Part shown: one piece after another, positions 1-10,726 of the stretch
How positions within the stretch are numbered: position 1 is the stretch's first letter
Layout: each line of letters opens with the position of its first letter
Assembly: GCF_006345805.1 (NCBI RefSeq)
Contig: NW_021827514.1
Span: 1-30,085 of the forward strand
Reading direction: 5' to 3'
DNA from: Octopus sinensis
Lineage: Eukaryota
Length of the DNA stretch: 30,085 nucleotides
Program-made: the position numbers and the translations under genes
Notes under the pieces: model-generated
The model's input: the letters and a program-made list of their open reading frames with translations, nothing else
What the model was told of the DNA's origin: nothing
Database searches by the model: none

Positions 1-183
1 TCCCGGACCGGGCTGCGTGTTGTGTTCTTGAGTAAGACACTTAATTTCACGTTGCTACAGTTGACTCAGCTGTAGAAATGAGTTGCGACGTCACAAGTAC
101 CAGTTACGCAGTGGGGGCGATTTAATCGACTGCCTCCCACTCCCCAAAATTTTCGGGCCTTGTGCCTAGATTAGAAAAGAATA
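1..183 (+). mobile_element. SINE, cut by the window edge, with a distinct head/core and a family-2-type tail
   Basis: The start TCCCGGACCGGGC...GTGTTCTTGAGTAAGACAC resembles the end of a tRNA-derived head plus a conserved SINE core. The 3' part (AAGTACCAGTTACGCAG..GGGG.CGAT.TAATCGACT...GGCCTTGTGCC) matches the family-2 SINE tails seen in reverse complement at 6347, 8249 and 12573. Confidence 0.65.
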
Positions 184-582
184 TCTATTACGCCACCAGA
201 TTTCATTCTAACAGTGTATAAAAATCCGCAATTTCTAAGGCTGTAGTTTGTTAATTTGGGAGATTCGAGTATTTTCCAGAACGATCACGAGTGAAGCGAA
301 TTGAATAAAATTTCTGCAATCATGCACTGAATATAGATTTCGCCATTAATTACCGTAAATCTTTTAAAAGGGATCAGGATTTAATTCATGCTGCTTTGAG
401 CCCTTGGCTCTTTTAATTTCTCTTCTTCGCTTCAATCATTTGCGGAGTTATTCTCCAGATCACTTGCATTCCTATTACCGTTTTCTATAGAAATAGCCTT
501 AATACAAGCATCGCAATGGTAATGGTAATTACAAGCAATTACTGCTCTCGTTCGCTCGCTCACAATCTCACATTGTCTGAAC

Positions 583-790
583 ACATACATACACACATAC
601 GTAAATACATACATACATACATGCATGCATGCATGCATACATACATACATACATACTTACATGCATGCATACATACATGCATGCATACATACATACATAC
701 ATACATACATACATACATACATACATACATGCATGCATGCAATACATACATACATACATACATACATACATACATACATACATACATACA

Positions 791-824
<34 letters not shown>

Positions 825-838
825 CATACATATATACA
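583..838. repeat. (ACAT)n/(GCAT)n microsatellite
   Basis: Read directly; source of the HTYI/MYVC ORFs. Confidence 0.97.
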
Positions 839-1055
839 GTCCACACATGAGATCCTGAGATTCTCAGTATAGAAGACACTAAGTAGTGCTCAAAAGATTC
901 AAACTTGAACTCCGATATCTTTACAAGGGATCGATTTATCGGGGGTAAAGAACGGATGTAAGAGGGATCAAGTTGAGAAAATATAAAGGCAATTATGCAG
1001 ATAAAAAAATTCAGCATATTAAATATGCTAAATATTTATTATATTTTATATATTA

Positions 1056-1118
1056 CTTATATCTAATTTGCTTACCTAATTTGCTTATATCTAATTTGCT
1101 TATATCTAATTTGCTTAC
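1056..1118. repeat. 15-bp tandem repeat (TATCTAATTTGCTTA), about 4 copies
   Basis: CTAATTTGCTTA recurs four times; one unit is 2 bp shorter. Confidence 0.9.
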
Positions 1119-1239
1119 GTACGTATATACGTACGCACACAGACACATATCGATAGCTAGATAAATAGATGGATGGATAAATGGATAGATAGATAGATAG
1201 AGAGATAAACAATTAACTATCTGTCTATCTATATATCTA

Positions 1240-1418
1240 TTTGACAACCGATGCTGATGTGTTTACGACGTTCCCGTTACTCTAGCGGTTCCGCAAAAGA
1301 GACCGATAATGAGTACTAGGCTTACAAGCATAGGTCTCCTGGGTCGATTGCTCGACTAAAGGTGGTGCTCCAGCATTACCGCAGTCAAATGACTGAAACA
1401 AGTAAAAGAGTAAAGAGT
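1240..1418 (+). mobile_element. Family-1 SINE, 3' half only
   Basis: TTGACAACCGATGCTG...AGCGGTT...GGTGCTCCAGCAT..CCGCAGTCAAATGACTGAAACAAGTAAAAGAG matches the 3' half of the full copies at 26292 and 28903. Confidence 0.9.
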
Positions 1419-1434
1419 ATATATATATAATATA

Positions 1435-1487
<53 letters not shown>

Positions 1488-1509
1488 ATATATATTATAT
1501 ATATATATT

Positions 1510-1543
<34 letters not shown>

Positions 1544-1553
1544 ATATATATCT

Positions 1554-1606
<53 letters not shown>

Positions 1607-1610
1607 TATA

Positions 1611-1662
<52 letters not shown>

Positions 1663-1681
1663 TACATATGTATATATATAT
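1418..1681. repeat. (TA)n microsatellite
   Basis: Read directly. Confidence 0.97.
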
Positions 1682-1924
1682 GTAGTGGTAGTGTAGGTTA
1701 TCAAACCTGCTTCGGTTGAGAATAAATATTACTAAATTTCTGCGATTTGGGGATTTCCTGGTATCTGAGCCAGGTAGAAATCAGCCCTTTTTGTTATCAA
1801 CAGGTATTGTTTTAGTATTCAAGTTCCACAGTTTACTAATTTCTATTTCAAGATCTTGTAGTTTCTTAACAGAAACGTATATATCGATTGGGACAGTCAT
1901 ATCAATGAGGAAGCATAATTCTTG

Positions 1925-1926
<2 letters not shown>

Positions 1927-1966
<40 letters not shown>

Positions 1967-2061
1967 GTCATCATCGTCGTCATCGTCGTCGTCGTCGTCG
2001 TCTTCATCATCATCGTCATCGTCATTGTCATCGTCATCATCGTCAATCGTCATCGTCATCA

Positions 2062-2093
<32 letters not shown>

Positions 2094-2097
2094 ATCA

Positions 2098-2146
<49 letters not shown>

Positions 2147-2231
2147 CATCATCATCATTATTATTATTATTAATATCATCATCATCATTATTATTATTAT
2201 TATTGTTATTATTATTATTATTATCATTATT
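1927..2231. repeat. Compound (ATC)n/(GTC)n/(ATT)n trinucleotide array
   Basis: Read directly; source of the poly-S/I/D/Y ORFs. Confidence 0.97.
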
Positions 2232-2392
2232 TCATATATATATATGTATATTTATCTTTCCCTATTGGCATGTTTATTCACGAGAAAGACTTGGTTTCTT
2301 TGAAAGTAACTCTTCTTATTTGATATATAAGCTTACGCGTGTGCGCGTCAATGCTTCTGTTGGTGTCTGCGCTTAGTCGTATCTCTCTCAAT

Positions 2393-2488
2393 GAGTGTGT
2401 GTGTGTGTGTGTGTGTGTACTCGCGTGTGTCTGTCTGAGTGTGTGTATCTATGTATATCTGCATGTATCATGTAAATATTTAGATGCA

Positions 2489-2554
<66 letters not shown>

Positions 2555-2571
2555 GGATAGATAGATAGATG

Positions 2572-2654
<83 letters not shown>
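2393..2654. repeat. (GT)n and (GATA)n microsatellites
   Basis: (GT)n at about 2393-2418 and (GATA)n at about 2490-2654. Confidence 0.95.
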
Positions 2655-3409
2655 GTCAGGAAAAATCGTGTACAAGAAGATATATCCGTAGTTATGTATT
2701 CAACATTACCGGATTTTAAATATGTAATCTCAACTCGCTATGATTATATGTCCGGTTAAGTCGTAAATTCATAAACAAATATATATATACACATTTATAT
2801 ATGATATATGATATATATATATATATATATATATGATTTATATACATAGCTATTTGTGTGTATGTAGTCTTGTAGCTTGGTCTAGTTTGTTTCAAATAAT
2901 GAAATATCGCATTCAACTTCGAAAATGAATTCACTTGTTTATCTTACCGTGTGTCGTTCACATTTGATCATACAGTGTAATGAAAGATTTCGTATGAATC
3001 GCTGATAGATTTATTTAGATTTAAACATTTTTCTTGTTTCCTATTTGGTCGCTTCTAAGTTATTTATTTATTTATTTACGTATTTCTCTATTTACGTATT
3101 TGTTTATATATTTAATGTGTTTATTGTTTAGCGACTTGAATTTTTAGGAGAACGAATATGAAAATATTGTTGAACAAATTCTTTCCCCGAATTCTATATA
3201 ATGTTGTAATTGATTAATTTTTCCTGAATTGAAGTAACTTAAAAATAACGGAAATAATATTCTTGTTATTAATATACGTTATTTTTTGTTTATTTTTTAT
3301 TTATTTATTTATTTACTTCGTTGTTTTTGTTTTTGTTTTTTTTTTTTGTTTCAAAGAAGTAAAATGGCAGAGTTGAAAATTCATACCTGTTCAACTAAAC
3401 TTACCGCTG

Positions 3410-3643
3410 GTGTTGTTGTTGTTTTTGTTTTTGTTGTTGTTGTTGTTGCTGCTGCTGATTATGATGATGGTGATGTTGATGATGGTGATATTGTTGTTGT
3501 TATTTCATTAATAATTTTAATTTCATTCTTGCTGTCGTTGCTATTGCCTTTTTAGTTGTTGTTGTTGTTATTATTAATATTATTATTATTATTATTATTA
3601 ACATTATTATTATTATTATTATCATCATTATTATTATCGTCAA

Positions 3644-3675
<32 letters not shown>

Positions 3676-3712
3676 ATATTATTATTATTATCATCATTGT
3701 TGTTGTTGTTAG

Positions 3713-3748
<36 letters not shown>

Positions 3749-3928
3749 TTTATCATCGTCATCATCATCATTATCATCATCACTGCTGTCATCATCATCA
3801 TCATATCCGTCGTCATCGTTATCATCAGCACCAGCATCATCATCATCATCATCACCATCATCATCATTACTATTAACACCAACATCCTCCTCCTCCTCCT
3901 CCTCATTATCATTATCATTATTATTATC

Positions 3929-3967
<39 letters not shown>

Positions 3968-4057
3968 TTATATTATCGTTATTATTATTATTATTATTAT
4001 TATCATTCATATTATATTATTATTATCATTATTATATTATTATTATTATCGTTATTA

Positions 4058-4088
<31 letters not shown>

Positions 4089-4133
4089 TATTATTATCAT
4101 TATTATTATTATTATATTATTATATTATTATTA

Positions 4134-4185
<52 letters not shown>

Positions 4186-4237
4186 CGTTATTATTATTAT
4201 TATTATTATTATTATCGTTATTATTATTATTATTTCT

Positions 4238-4270
<33 letters not shown>

Positions 4271-4272
4271 AT
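3410..4272. repeat. Long compound (GTT)/(GAT)/(ATT)/(ATC)/(CCT) trinucleotide array
   Basis: Read directly. Confidence 0.95.
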
Positions 4273-5039
4273 TGCCGTCGCCACTGTTATATTATTCATC
4301 TTTCTTCTTTCTCTCTATTTACATAATGTCCAACTTACTTCCTCCACTGTTTTTATCCTTTTGTGAATTTTCTTTTTTGTTCGTATTTAATTTCATCATT
4401 TTTCCAAATCGTGAATTTCCGAAATTATAATTCTACTCAATATATCGCTTCTTTGTTTGTTTCTTTTGTTTATTTGTTGTTCTGTTATGTTATGTTTTTT
4501 TTGTTTTGTTTTGTTTTGTATTTTTTTTTCTTTTTTAATGTTTACGTTGATGAATATTGATTGGAGAAATTTTTGTCAATAATTTTCGTGGCGGAGGAAG
4601 AAACGGGTTTGGTGCGAAATGTCGGAGGTGGAATTAGATTTTCCTAATGAAGAGTTTTGTTCAAATACGAATTTCTAAATCTCGCCAACTTATGAACGGC
4701 CCATTTATAATTTCGGCCATTGTATCTCATGTTTTGTGTTATTTATTTAGAATTATGGTTCGAGTGATTGATTAGCCAAAGATCAGCTCTAATGGAGCGA
4801 ATCTATAATCAGTAATGGCCACTCGTGACCAATAGTGACCATTAGTGACCACCCTGTCTGTTTTTATAGGTCTAAGACTATATTATTAGCATCCCGTTTA
4901 GGGGTGATTCCGTGATTTCAATAACTTATACGTCATAGGCCAGTTCACTCAGCCAGTTGTATCACGTGAATGCTACAAAAATGTGAGGAAGGGCATTGTG
5001 ACTAGTGGTGTGTAAAAACTGCCGATAGTCTGATCTAAG

Positions 5040-5400
5040 CGCATGAGTGGCTGTGTGGTAAGTAGCTTGCTTACCAACCACATGGTTCCGGGTTCAGTTC
5101 CACTGCGAGGCACATTGGGCAAGTGTCTTCTACTATAGGCTCGGGCCGAGTAAAGCCTTGTGAGTGGATTTGGTAGACGGAAACTGAGAGAAGCCCGTCG
5201 TATATATGTGTATGTATGTGTGTGTATATGTTTGTGTGTCTGTGTTTGTCCCCCCAACATCGCTTGACAACCGATGATTGCATGTTTACGTCCCCGTAGC
5301 TTAGCGGTTCGGCAAAAGCGACCGATAGAATAAGTACTAGCTTATAAAGAATAAGTCCTGGGGCCGATTTGCTCGTCTAAAGGAGGTGCTCCAGCATGGT
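5040..5400 (+). mobile_element. Family-1 tRNA-derived SINE, nearly full length
   Basis: A-box-like TGGCTGTGTGG, B-box-like GGTTCAGTTCC, CORE-like TTGGGCAAGTG and a central (TA)/(TG) tract. Collinear with the copies at 18625 (-), 26292 and 28903; the extreme 3' tail is missing. Confidence 0.92.
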
Positions 5401-5647
5401 CACGTGAGTGTATGTGGGTGTACGTGTGTATGCATGAAGGTACGTGTATGTGTATGTGTTTGCACTGATACTTAAAGTCTTTTTTTGTGTAGGAATGGAA
5501 TAAGCGGAAGTGGATTTATGTATTATATTTTAGTATTAACGACCAGGAGATCAGTCCAATAACAGATGCACTCACTTCCTTGAAAAATATATAGAGATTA
5601 CCTTTGCAAAATGTGTTTGCTATGACAGTCAGTTAAAGTTGAGACAG

Positions 5648-5730
5648 TGTCACGTGACAACTTGCTGGGGCTGCCTGCTGGAGCCTCGCGGCAGGTATTT
5701 AAAGGGAAAATTTTGACAAGTCAGTCAGTC
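5648..5730 (+). promoter_or_regulatory. Putative Pol II core promoter: E-box, TATA, Inr
   Basis: 12-bp palindrome TGTCACGTGACA (5648-5659), TATTTAAA (5696-5703) and TCAGTC (5725-5730). The Inr A at 5727 is 31 nt from the first T of the TATA box, which is canonical spacing. Confidence 0.55.
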
Positions 5731-5851
5731 GCTCGCTGACACTCGTTGACGCTACATCGAAGGGGCCAGGTAACAAAAGAAAGAAGAAAGAAGACATGCA
5801 CCCAACACCAGAGCTGAAGACACCTCCGGAAGAGGGTGGGCGCCACGTCAA

Positions 5852-5962
5852 AAACGGTAGAGGAGTAAGAGCCGAAACCGGACGTGGTTCCTCCTGATGA
5901 CGTCTTGAGCTAACTGGATCCTATAAAGGAGCTGTTGTGGTAGCAGACCACGAAACACGGTT
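5852..5962 (+). ncRNA. Candidate type III hammerhead ribozyme
   Basis: GUA at 5857-5859; helix I GAGGAG (5860-65)/UUCCUC (5888-93); CUGAUGA at 5894-5900; long helix II (GUCU/AGAC, GCUA/UAGC, UCCU-AUAA-AGGA); GAAAC at 5952-56. Helix III and the base of helix II are imperfect. Confidence 0.4.
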
Positions 5963-6346
5963 GTAATTCCTCCTCTACAAACTCCTTTAGTACATCTCCA
6001 AGGGCATCTGTCTTCAAGATGAGGGACTTCATTATGCCTTATATCTCCAACGTAATCGCAACGAAGTCAACTGCGAGTAAGAAGAAGTCTAGATATTTGC
6101 AGAAACATTATAATGCCTTAAGAATTTCCTGTTGCTCTGCTAATTCTGTTCTATTAATATTCTATAGATCTAAGTCCTTAATGACAATGCTTTGTCCATG
6201 TTAATTGCTAATTTAATTAATGCAAATGATTGAATACATCTTCGGTAATTACACCATCAAAATGGACGCTGTATTGTATCTAGTCGACATTCTACTGTCA
6301 GCTTTTTGCCGTGATATCTTTTGGTATTTAGCCAAAAGAGATATTG

Positions 6347-6560
6347 ATTTCAAATTTTGGCACAAGGTCAGCAAGATCGAGGGAAGTGATGAATCGATTG
6401 CATCGACCCCCAATAGTCAACCGGTACTCATTTTATAGACCCTGAAAGGATGGTAGGTGAAATCGAGCTCCGCGGAATTCGAACTGAGAACGTAAAATCG
6501 GACGAAATGCCGCTAAGCACCTCACCCAGCGTGCTAACGATTGTGCCAGCCCTCCGCCTT
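6347..6560 (-). mobile_element. Family-2 tRNA-like SINE, diverged
   Basis: The reverse complement reads AAGGCGG..GGCTGGCACAATCGTTAGCACG...CAGTTCGAATTCC (A- and B-box-like) and ends ..CCTTGTGCCAAAATTTGAAA. Confidence 0.85.
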
Positions 6561-6679
6561 AAAAAAGAGCAACAAGCAAACCTCCTATAAAGATTATCGA
6601 ACCATGTACCTCTTAAAATAGAGCTGAGCGCTCTGTACGATTAAGCTAACGCGTCCCTGACAGCCAAAATAAATATTGG

Positions 6680-6885
6680 TTTCAAATTTTGGCACAAGGC
6701 CAGCAAGAACGAGAGATGGGGTGAATCGATTACATTCAACCCCAGTAGTTAACTGGTACTTATTCTATCGACCCTGACAGGATAAAAGGCAAAATCTAGC
6801 GCGGTAGAATTTGAACTCAGAACGTAAAATCGGACTAAATGCCGCTAAGCTCGGCGTTCTAGTGATTCTGCTAATACGCCGCTTA
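6680..6885 (-). mobile_element. Family-2 SINE, second unit of a tandem duplication
   Basis: Collinear with 6347-6560; B-box GAGTTCAAATTC on the minus strand. Confidence 0.85.
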
Positions 6886-7282
6886 AAAAAAAAGGCGAAC
6901 ATCAAGCCTCTATAAAGAATCGAACCATGCACTGCTCAAATTCCGGGTGAGAGCTCAGAACCATTAAACTAAGAGACCCCCTGACAGCCAAAATAAACAT
7001 TGATACTTGATGTTTTAACGTTAAAAAACTGTTTTCTTAACTAAGATGTTTCTCTGTTTTTGAGACTCACATAACGAGTGTTAAAGGTCTGGGCATTAAC
7101 GAAACTGTTATAATTAAAAAGCATTTTGACGAAAGAGTAGTAAAGAAGACTTGTCTCATTTCCTTCCAACACATAATTACTTCTAGCTAACATGTTAATG
7201 CTTCCCAAATTTAATAGTTTAGCACTAAGTCATCTATTACAAATCGGCTTGTTGCGCAATTTCGTAAAAATTGGTGCGTATT

Positions 7283-7320
<38 letters not shown>

Positions 7321-7321
<1 letters not shown>

Positions 7322-7530
7322 TAATAGATCGTTCGCCACTACACACATTTTTTCTCTCTTTTTTTCTCTCCTTTTTTCTCTCCTTGTTTCTTTTTGTGAC
7401 CCTTTCTGTAGAAGAGCGTAGGCTCGAAACGTAAGAGACAATTTCTATTCCTGAGCGTTATACTAATACATCTGTTTGTTTTGTACACCACCTGTCTTCG
7501 TCTTTCTTTGTTTTCATAAACTCTCCCCAT
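7321..7530 (+). mobile_element. Short non-autonomous element (PLE pLTR-like) in (TA)n with a hammerhead-like motif
   Basis: Close match to 15619-15822 and flanked by (TA)n on both sides. Motif cttt-CTGTAGA-A-GAGC-gtag-GCTC-GAAAC-GTA-agag at 7402-7437. Confidence 0.7.
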
Positions 7531-7924
7531 ATATATATATATATATATAATATTATATATGTATATATATACATATATATATATTATATATTATATATAT
7601 ATATATACATACATACATACATATACAAGTGAATGATTGTAAGAAGTGCAAGATCTAGTTACTATATAATTTATTAAATTACTTGTTTGGGATTTTTTTT
7701 TATCTCCATTATGAAGCTTTCCAGCATTTACCAGGAAAAGGTATTAATCACATGACACATATTTTACTTTGAATGTTGTTAGAGTATTTCCTTCTGATTG
7801 GATTCAGCTACGACAAACAACATTTCAAGCATCATTTTTTCTTTTTTTTTTTTTCTTTCGTTTCAGAACGATGGAGCAATTGAGTACAAAAATGTTATGT
7901 ATTATTATTATTATTATCATTAGC

Positions 7925-8167
7925 CCCTTTTTCTTTCTTATGCATGTGCCTGGTGTACCCTTATCAGACGGGTAGTCATGATGGGTATATTGGGTTTCGT
8001 GTATTTGTACCCCAGTGTCATTTTGATGGCATACGCTGCTTGCTCACTCAATAATAATAATAATAATAATAATAATGATAATAATAATAATGATAATAAT
8101 AATAATGATAATAATAATAATAATAATGATAATAATAATAATGATAATAATGATAATAATAATAATG

Positions 8168-8206
<39 letters not shown>

Positions 8207-8225
8207 TGAATAATAATAATAACAT
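7925..8225 (+). mobile_element. Putative retroposon 3' end followed by an (AAT)n/(GAT) tail
   Basis: A GC-richer ~125-bp segment ending CTCACTC runs directly into (AAT)n at 8050-8225. There is only one copy in the window, so the retroposon call is an inference; the microsatellite itself is certain. Confidence 0.4.
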
Positions 8226-8248
8226 GAATAAAAAATATTAATATATTT

Positions 8249-8478
8249 CGTTATTGCCCACAAGGGACAAAACACAGAGAGGACAAACAAGGACAGACAA
8301 ACGGATTAAGTCGATTTATATCGACCCCAGTGCGTAACTGGTACTTATTTAATCGATACCGAAAGGATGAAAGGCAAAGTTGACCTCGACGGAATTTGAA
8401 CTCAGTACGTAACGGCAGACGAAATACCGTGTGGGCATTTCGCCCTACATGCTAACGTTTCTGCCAGCTCACCGCCTT
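8249..8478 (-). mobile_element. Family-2 SINE, full length, long-tail subtype
   Basis: Minus strand GGCGGTGAGCTGGCAGAAACGTTAGC...GAGTTCAAATTCC...CCCTTGTGGGCAATAA; close match to 12750-12980. Confidence 0.9.
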
Positions 8479-8747
8479 CCATGTTTAATAATATTAATAA
8501 CGAAACGATTAACTCAAATTTCTTCAATCTCTACAAGAAAAGGGGTTGTTAGATAAGTTCTGTTTAGATAAGTAAGGTAAAAGAAAATAGGCTTTTAATT
8601 TAGATAATTTGAAGAAAATATCGGCTGTTCGTATGAATGATTTTAAAATGCCAAAAAGTAGGTTTAAGTAATCTGGATAAATTTTCTTCACACTGTAGTT
8701 TTGAACTATGTGTATGTGTGTGTGTGTGTCTGTGTGTCTGTGTATAT

Positions 8748-8965
8748 TCTTTTATTCTTTTACTTGTTTCTGTCATTTGGCTGTGGACATGCTGGAGCAC
8801 CTCCTTACAGGCTTTTTAGTCGTAGAAATGGGACCCACGACTTAATGTTTGTAAGCCTATTATTCTCTTATTCTTTTTTGCAGAACCGTTAAGTGACGGC
8901 GCCTTAAACACACCAACATCGGTTACCAAGCAACGGTGGGCAGATACACAGAGACACAAAGACAC
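8748..8965 (-). mobile_element. Family-1 SINE 3' half, diverged
   Basis: TTTTACTTGTTTC.GTCATTTG.CTGTGG.CATGCTGGAGCACC is the reverse complement of the family-1 tail. Confidence 0.8.
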
Positions 8966-9050
8966 ATACATAAATGTAAGCATATACGTTTATATATATA
9001 TACACACACAATATATATTTATATATAAACATATATATATATTATATATA

Positions 9051-9275
9051 TCCTTTTTAAAATGTGACCTCGTGTGTACCGTTGGCGATTTTTTCCCCTC
9101 TGTCTTCCCTTCTCTGGATCTTTCCTTCTCCTATGTTTCCGACGAAGAGCTCCGCTCGAAACGTTAAACCCTCCCTCTTTCCTTCTTTCATGAGCGTCCA
9201 ATAATACTATATTTGTTCCACGTCCTCGTGTTGTTGTGTTTTTTTTGTGTTTTCTTGTTTGGATTAACTTTATTA
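9051..9275 (+). mobile_element. Short PLE pLTR-like element, distant relative of 7321/15595, with a hammerhead-like motif
   Basis: Flanked by (TA)n. Motif gttt-CCGACGA-A-GAGC-tcc-GCTC-GAAAC-GTT-aaac at 9135-9169. The downstream TGAGCGT...TAATAC...TTTGTT...CCAC.GTC.TCGT blocks are shared with the 7321 family. Confidence 0.6.
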
Positions 9276-9284
9276 TATATATAT

Positions 9285-9478
9285 AAGGTATTACGGCATT
9301 ACGGTCGTTTCAGGCGGCTCCATTTAATTGAACAATGCAATCATTGCATCAGTTTGAAATACGCCGCCATAACTTATATTATGCATTCGAAGATGGCGGT
9401 GTATTTCAAATTGAAGTAATGCTTGCATTGTTCAATTAAATGGAGCCGCCTGAAACGACCGTAATGCACTGATACCTT
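9285..9478. repeat. Inverted repeat with 86-bp arms and a 22-bp loop
   Basis: 9285-9370 is the reverse complement of 9393-9478, with 8 mismatches by manual comparison. Confidence 0.95.
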
Positions 9479-9624
9479 GACATCCTTGTTTCTTATTTGC
9501 TTTGATTCACCTTTCTTGGAGATGTGCGGATAATACAAGACTAATTCAAGTGAATCTTAATTATTTCCTATATATATACATCTTTTTTATGCTATTCGAA
9601 TAAATATTAGATAATGTGCATATT

Positions 9625-10410
9625 TATCGGGTCACTCAGACAGAGTGCATGGGTGCCGGTAATGCTAATGAGCATCTCGGACACTCGAGGACCACCGTTT
9701 GTATGAAAATGAAACAAAGTTGTCCCAAACAATCAACCGGTTGCCCCGACTTCAAAAAATGGGTATTGATGAACGTCTGCTCTAGTCCAAATATCGTGTG
9801 GTCTTAATTCATAGCAAAACCAGAAGGTAACGTGGCGATTTACTCGACCACGGAAATAAAATGAAGAAGGTTTGTTTAAACTTTTGACACTCTGTTCTAT
9901 ACGATCATTTGTAAGCCCATAGATGTCTTTCGAAATACATTTATATTGTAGAAGATGGAATAACAATCGTTATCTGTGACAGCCACTTCTGAACAACGCA
10001 TGTTACATACCTATTCTCAGAGCTCTGTTGCTGTAAAGTGGCTTAAATTTTCGATGAGTGTCTTTAATCCTTAACCCCTTCACTAAAACCTTCGAATAGC
10101 TGATAAATCTCGTTTTGAAATGAAACGACTTGAATACTTACGCCATGTTGCATAGCCTTACAAATTTCTTAACTGATGCAAGCGTTAGTAATGTTCTTAT
10201 CAGCGGCATCCGTGTTTGCTGGAATGATATTCCTCGCGGTGAGAAATGTTTTTATATTATGCGGTCAGAATTATGGTACAGTGACTTCTTGAATAAATTT
10301 TTAAGCGGAGAAGTTTGACAGTGACTTCGAAGCATCAGTTTAGGAACCGTTATCGGAATTCTAATGAAGACCTTTAAAACGAAGCTTTGAAGTCGCTGTC
10401 AACATTTTAT
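9625..10410 (-). pseudogene. Highly decayed Tc1/mariner transposase remnant, possibly DD41D/rosa-like
   Basis: Frameshifted minus-strand fragments occur in the expected order: KPLYSNR (~10035), VTCVV (~10000), VIPS-LQYKC (~9950), IEQSVKSL, PWSSKSP (~9840; cf. WPPRSPDL), FWFCYEL (cf. FWLWGYLK) and NGG (~9695; cf. NGGxHIE). Manual motif recognition only. Confidence 0.5.
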
Positions 10411-10549
10411 TTTCATCGTAAAAATTAACAAATATGGTATCGGCCAAATAGATTTGGGTGAACCACCAGGTTAATGTTCGATTGATTTCAGATATAAGTT
10501 CACACATGAAAAACATTAACATAAATATATGTAAAGGCGTTTATACAAA

Positions 10550-10651
10550 TGTGTGTGTATGTGTTTGTGTGAGTATATATATATATATATATATATACAC
10601 ATACATACATATATATGTATGTATGCGTGTATGCAAGTGTATATAATATCA

Positions 10652-10686
<35 letters not shown>

Positions 10687-10694
10687 ATATACAT

Positions 10695-10726
<32 letters not shown>

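Larger units (their letters stand above)
5618..6052 (+). mobile_element. GC-richer solo-LTR-like or PLE pLTR-like cassette with promoter and hammerhead-like motifs
   Basis: Starts TGCTATG and ends CTCCAAC(G), an imperfect TG..CA. Contains TATA/Inr plus CTGAAGA, CTGATGA and two CGAAAC motifs. No TSD found, so boundaries are approximate. Confidence 0.45.

Noticed and set aside
432-4430. Many ORFs with HTYI, MYVC and poly-I/S/Y/H/D tracts
   Set aside because: These are translations of microsatellites; the same applies to the ORFs at 7938-8290, 10458-12047, 19542-21727 and 25341-26226.
4828-4852. GTGACCA(A/T)TA x3 short tandem repeat
   Set aside because: Small slippage duplication with no further structure.
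5040-5110. Functional tRNA genes at SINE heads
   Set aside because: A/B-box-like motifs are present, but there is no complete cloverleaf and the sequence continues into the SINE body.
4973-5283. ORFs overlapping SINEs (also 12835-13101, 18578-18790, 26214-26720, 28779-29169)
   Set aside because: Chance frames across a non-coding repeat that are not preserved between copies.
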